Program-made: the position numbers and the translations under genes
Assembly: GCA_963695095.1 (NCBI GenBank)
Contig: CAVOFT010000001.1
Location: forward strand, 64,001 to 128,000
Source of the DNA: an uncultured bacterium
Lineage (GTDB): Bacteria > Krumholzibacteriota > Krumholzibacteriia > JACNKJ01
DNA length: 64,000 nucleotides
Direction: 5' to 3'
Shown: one piece after another, positions 60,387-64,000 of the stretch
Layout of the letters: each line of letters starts with the position of its first letter
Position numbering within the stretch: position 1 is the first letter of the stretch
The notes under the pieces: model-generated
Databases searched by the model: none
Told to the model about the DNA's origin: nothing
The model's input: only the letters and a program-made list of their open reading frames with translations

Positions 60387-63300
60387 TCAGCGGATGAGGA
60401 CGAGCTTCTGCGTGGCGGCCGTACTGGCTCCCACGCGAATCTGAACGAAGTAGACTCCCGATCCGGACGGATTACCGAACTTGTCATTGCCATCCCAGGT
60501 CGCCTGGTGCTCGTGTCCATCGGCGGTCCCAGCTGCAAGCGCTCTCACCAGTCGGCCGGCGACGTCGTAGATTGCGAGGGAGTACGCCTCTCCGCTCACA
60601 GGCAGGACGGTAGTAATCACGAAGCTGGGATTGCCGGGGTTCGGGTAAACCGTCAACTTCAGCGCCGTACTCGACGTCTCTCCAGGCAGCACAACCCCGA
60701 AGCTGAATTGCCCGCCGCCGGGGGGCTCGAGAGGACACTCGGAGAGAAAGGGCTCGTAGTCCACACCCACTCCGCAGAAGAAGCCCTCCAGCGGCGTCTC
60801 TGCCCCCCAGTAGTTCATCTCGGCCAGGCAAGAGGCGTTCTTCCGTAGCCGGCTGATCCGACAGACAGCCCCGCTGGCCATCTCGAAGCAGTTGTTGCCC
60901 CAGTTTGGAGAATCCGGAACGCTCCCATCACGCCCGAGATCGACGACCTGCGTACTATTCAGCATCACGCCGACCTGCATGCCATCCAGATAGCTACTAC
61001 GGAGTGTCAGCATGGCCGTGTCATCGATGCGGATGGCATAGTCAAAGCCAACTACCGTGCACTCCTCGGCCTGGGCCACTGCATCGCCAGAAACCGCTAT
61101 CCCGGTCAGCACCGGTTGTATCGCAAGATCGGGTGCGTTGAGTTCGACAGAATTGAGTTCACTGGCTCCGCCCATGCACCGGATGCCCCCGCCGTTCAGG
61201 AGCACACTGGCGATTGAGGCGCTGTTCTCCACGACCAGCTCCGTGCAATTGACATCGCCAGGCAGAGGCGAGAAAGTGCTCGTGCCGAGCGAGTGAGCAG
61301 TGGTTGCGTTCCCGATTGAGAGAATACCGGTTCCCGTGAACTGGCAGTCTTGGATGTCTAACGTATCGGCTGCCGCGAGCGCGTATCCAGCTCCATCGGG
61401 ATCGAGCTCGAACGAGGTCCCCGAGATGGCCACCGCGGCTCCCGTGCCCGCGGAGAGCTCGGTCAGGCCGATGAACTCGGAGTCGTGAAGGGCCAGCCTT
61501 ACGCCTACGCCGACGAGGAGCCCCAGCTCAAGCCCCTCGATTCCTGCTGCAGTGGCGTTGAGTCCCGTCACCGAAATGTCCCCGCTGCCGAAGATGATGG
61601 GACCCGCTCCCAGCATCGTCACGTCTTCGACGGTAGCATCACCTGCGAAGAAGAGTGCTGGACCTTCGGCCTGAGACGGAGGAGGGGTGAATTGGCTCGA
61701 TGTCAACGCATGGGGTCCGACCTGGGCTGAGCCCCCGATTGAGAAGACACCGGAGCCAACGAACTGGCAGCTTGTGACTTCTGCGCTGCCCGCCGCTGAG
61801 AGCGCATAGCCCGCCCCTTCATCCGCAAGCTCGAAGTTGCTCTCCGCGAAGTCCACTGTCGAATTGGCGCCGGCCGAGATCTCCGAGAAGCCCGCGATGT
61901 CCGACGAGAAGATGCTCAGCGCCGCGGAATTTGCGACACTGATTCCCGTCCAGGTCCCCTGGACAGGATCCATGTGAACGGTTTCGCCTTCGGGAACGCC
62001 GATCTGTAGGACTCCTTCGACATCGAAGCCGACCACTCCGCCCACAACGGCGGCCTGGTCCGCGCAAAAGATCTGCGTTCCTGGCATGATCGTCAGCTTC
62101 GCTCCGCTCTCAACCGTCACCTCGCCATTCAAGCTGACGACGCCATCATGGATCAGGCTTGCGGATGGCCAGTAGGTGTCCGCCGTTATCGGGGCCGTGT
62201 GCCCCTCCGCCCAGTAGCTATAGTCGAAAGGAAGCACCTTCGCCGTGCGTGGGCCATCCTCGAGCTCCTTCTCCGTGAGCGTCATGATCAAGACAACGCT
62301 CTTGTAGCGTACACCAAAGCGGCCGACGGAGAAGCTGAAGGTGGGCGTCGCGTTGATGTCGAAATCGCTGAACTCGTAGGTGTTGATCAGCTCGGCTTCC
62401 GAGCCCGCTTCGTGCAAGGCCGAGGTTGCCTCTGGGTAGCCCAGTACGTAGAAGTGCAGTACCTCGTTGTTTGTCAGCTCGGCATCCACGTCCTCGTCGC
62501 TCAGGTCGCACCAGTAGCTATCGTCAACGCTGACATCAACGCGCAGGTCGTAGGCCAGCGCTTCGTTCTGAATCGCTGGAGCCGCAACGAACGGCAGCAC
62601 GTTGTAGCCGTAGGTGCTCACCTGGAGGGCGCGCCGTGGATAGGGTGGGCTGCCCGCGCAGGACGGCGAATCGGGGTAGAGATCCGCCAGCGTGACCCAG
62701 TCCGTCTGGCTCTTGTGCGTCCCTGTGACGACGTTGTAGAGCGGCAGCGTGTGCACATCATTCGTGCAGTTGTTGTCGAAGTCGACCATGTAGCCATGCG
62801 TTCCCGACGGCGAGGCACCATTCGCCCAGACACTTGCTTCGCCCATCAGATTGGGATCGTTCACCCAGAGCGACAGGGCGAACTCCTGGAGCATCTCGCG
62901 GACCCGCCCATCCCCAGTCGTGGCGGAGAACATGCCGACATAGGGGTCAGTTGCTAGTAGCAATGACAGCCCCTTGGGGTCCCCTCGAGCGGGAAGCTCT
63001 TCTGCCTGCAGTGGGTCCTCCTTGCTGTGAATCCAGCGAAACATCGCCTCGTTTGAGTAGCCCGTCCCGAGGGAGTAGTGGTCCATGAGATAGGGCGCAA
63101 ACATGCTGTAGGTCATGTGCTTCAGGACCTGCGGATGACCGGCCTGCGTGGTGTCCGCGGGGTTCTCCTCGCAGGCCTGGTAGTAGTCGCCCGAGAGCAG
63201 GCCGCGCGTGTAGGGCAGCTCGACGCGAGTGCTCGCATCTGTCGGGTTGAGCCAGAACCACCCGCTGAGATACTCCGCGCACTGGGCGAAAAACTCACTC

Positions 63301-63986
63301 GGCGTGTAGTCGGCTCCCAGATTGCGTCCTGCCGCCCAACCAATCGTTCCCTGGATCAGATGCTTCCATTCATGCGCGAATCCATCGAAGGCCATTCGCT
63401 CCAACGAGATCGGGCCGTTGGGTAGGGATAGGTGAATCGTTTCATTCGCTTGCCACGAGCCGCCCCCGGGTGGCCTGATCTCGATGTTGAAGTGCGTGAT
63501 ATAGCCCCATTGCCCGTTGACGATCCACTTGACGTGTGTCGGATAGTACGGCGCCCAAGGTTCCTGATCATTGTCGAAGTCGCGATCATGCCCGAAGTAG
63601 TAGAATGTTCGGCGCATGGCGGACTCGTCGTACATGTCGTCCTGCGGCAGCGCCGGTGGCATAACAGCTTGGATGAACTCCTCCATCGTGCCGTTGGCGG
63701 CCTGCGGATCGGGATCGTAGAAGGGCCATGGCCAGTCCGCGGGGCTTGAATAGCTGGTGTCCGCGGGGTTCCAGTACACGCTGATTGTGAAGGTGCTGTC
63801 GAACTCGAGGTAGTTGGCCGCCATGTAGGCAAGCTCGGCGGCCGGCAGCGGCCAGACTGTGATCGGCTCGGGAGCCTCACCGAAGTTCTCCTCCTCCGGC
63901 GTCAGCGCCCACGAGCTTGGAACCGCGAGGCAAGCGATCAGGCCAAAGCACACGAGCGATGAGAATACTATCCGGCGCCTCGACAT
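60387..63986 (-). CDS. Large secreted putative zinc metalloprotease with beta-helix-like region and FlgD-Ig-type tail
   Basis: Signal peptide, AHEWKHLIQ (HExxH) plus downstream SEFFAQ, tail YPNPGNP..WDG..SGVYF..QKLVLIR. Confidence 0.8.
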   Translation of the reverse strand: MSRRRIVFSSLVCFGLIACLAVPSSWALTPEEENFGEAPEPITVWPLPAAELAYMAANYLEFDSTFTISVYWNPADTSYSSPADWPWPFYDPDPQAANGTMEEFIQAVMPPALPQDDMYDESAMRRTFYYFGHDRDFDNDQEPWAPYYPTHVKWIVNGQWGYITHFNIEIRPPGGGSWQANETIHLSLPNGPISLERMAFDGFAHEWKHLIQGTIGWAAGRNLGADYTPSEFFAQCAEYLSGWFWLNPTDASTRVELPYTRGLLSGDYYQACEENPADTTQAGHPQVLKHMTYSMFAPYLMDHYSLGTGYSNEAMFRWIHSKEDPLQAEELPARGDPKGLSLLLATDPYVGMFSATTGDGRVREMLQEFALSLWVNDPNLMGEASVWANGASPSGTHGYMVDFDNNCTNDVHTLPLYNVVTGTHKSQTDWVTLADLYPDSPSCAGSPPYPRRALQVSTYGYNVLPFVAAPAIQNEALAYDLRVDVSVDDSYWCDLSDEDVDAELTNNEVLHFYVLGYPEATSALHEAGSEAELINTYEFSDFDINATPTFSFSVGRFGVRYKSVVLIMTLTEKELEDGPRTAKVLPFDYSYWAEGHTAPITADTYWPSASLIHDGVVSLNGEVTVESGAKLTIMPGTQIFCADQAAVVGGVVGFDVEGVLQIGVPEGETVHMDPVQGTWTGISVANSAALSIFSSDIAGFSEISAGANSTVDFAESNFELADEGAGYALSAAGSAEVTSCQFVGSGVFSIGGSAQVGPHALTSSQFTPPPSQAEGPALFFAGDATVEDVTMLGAGPIIFGSGDISVTGLNATAAGIEGLELGLLVGVGVRLALHDSEFIGLTELSAGTGAAVAISGTSFELDPDGAGYALAAADTLDIQDCQFTGTGILSIGNATTAHSLGTSTFSPLPGDVNCTELVVENSASIASVLLNGGGIRCMGGASELNSVELNAPDLAIQPVLTGIAVSGDAVAQAEECTVVGFDYAIRIDDTAMLTLRSSYLDGMQVGVMLNSTQVVDLGRDGSVPDSPNWGNNCFEMASGAVCRISRLRKNASCLAEMNYWGAETPLEGFFCGVGVDYEPFLSECPLEPPGGGQFSFGVVLPGETSSTALKLTVYPNPGNPSFVITTVLPVSGEAYSLAIYDVAGRLVRALAAGTADGHEHQATWDGNDKFGNPSGSGVYFVQIRVGASTAATQKLVLIR

Positions 63987-64000
63987 CCTGTCCCTCCTTG

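Overview
GC-rich bacterial chromosome segment. Secreted proteins with FlgD-Ig-type tails and short 'S-W-G-x-I-K-x-L-Y'-like tails suggest an FCB-group candidate lineage such as Latescibacterota/Krumholzibacteriota; this is inference only. Recognisable genes: the 3' part of a long ICL2-type isocitrate lyase, ispG, a TauE/SafE exporter, a selenocysteine-containing selD (in-frame UGA plus SECIS, split by the ORF track), rex, a transglutaminase, a fasciclin, a Zn-ADH, a hybrid histidine kinase, an M16 peptidase pair, a DnaE2-like polymerase, a CHASE2 / TPR-CHAT / OmpA / YidD-like cluster, mtgA, two HD-GYP proteins, hflX, an M24 peptidase, ftcD, hydrolases and several large secreted proteins. Many genes carry apparent frameshifts, probably assembly indels. 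Best leads: (1) a Cys-rich leader ORF ending in ...PLLRPP, upstream of a secreted protein built from four 20-aa H-x3-C-x3-C-x3-C repeats (candidate metal-sensing arrest peptide plus a new copper-storage-like protein); (2) an unannotated ~120-nt GGA-rich sRNA with its own promoter and terminator downstream of rex; (3) a short C-terminal motif shared by three otherwise dissimilar secreted proteins; (4) an IS30 remnant between the dnaE2 3' end and a diverged copy of that end. No rRNA, tRNA or CRISPR array was seen.
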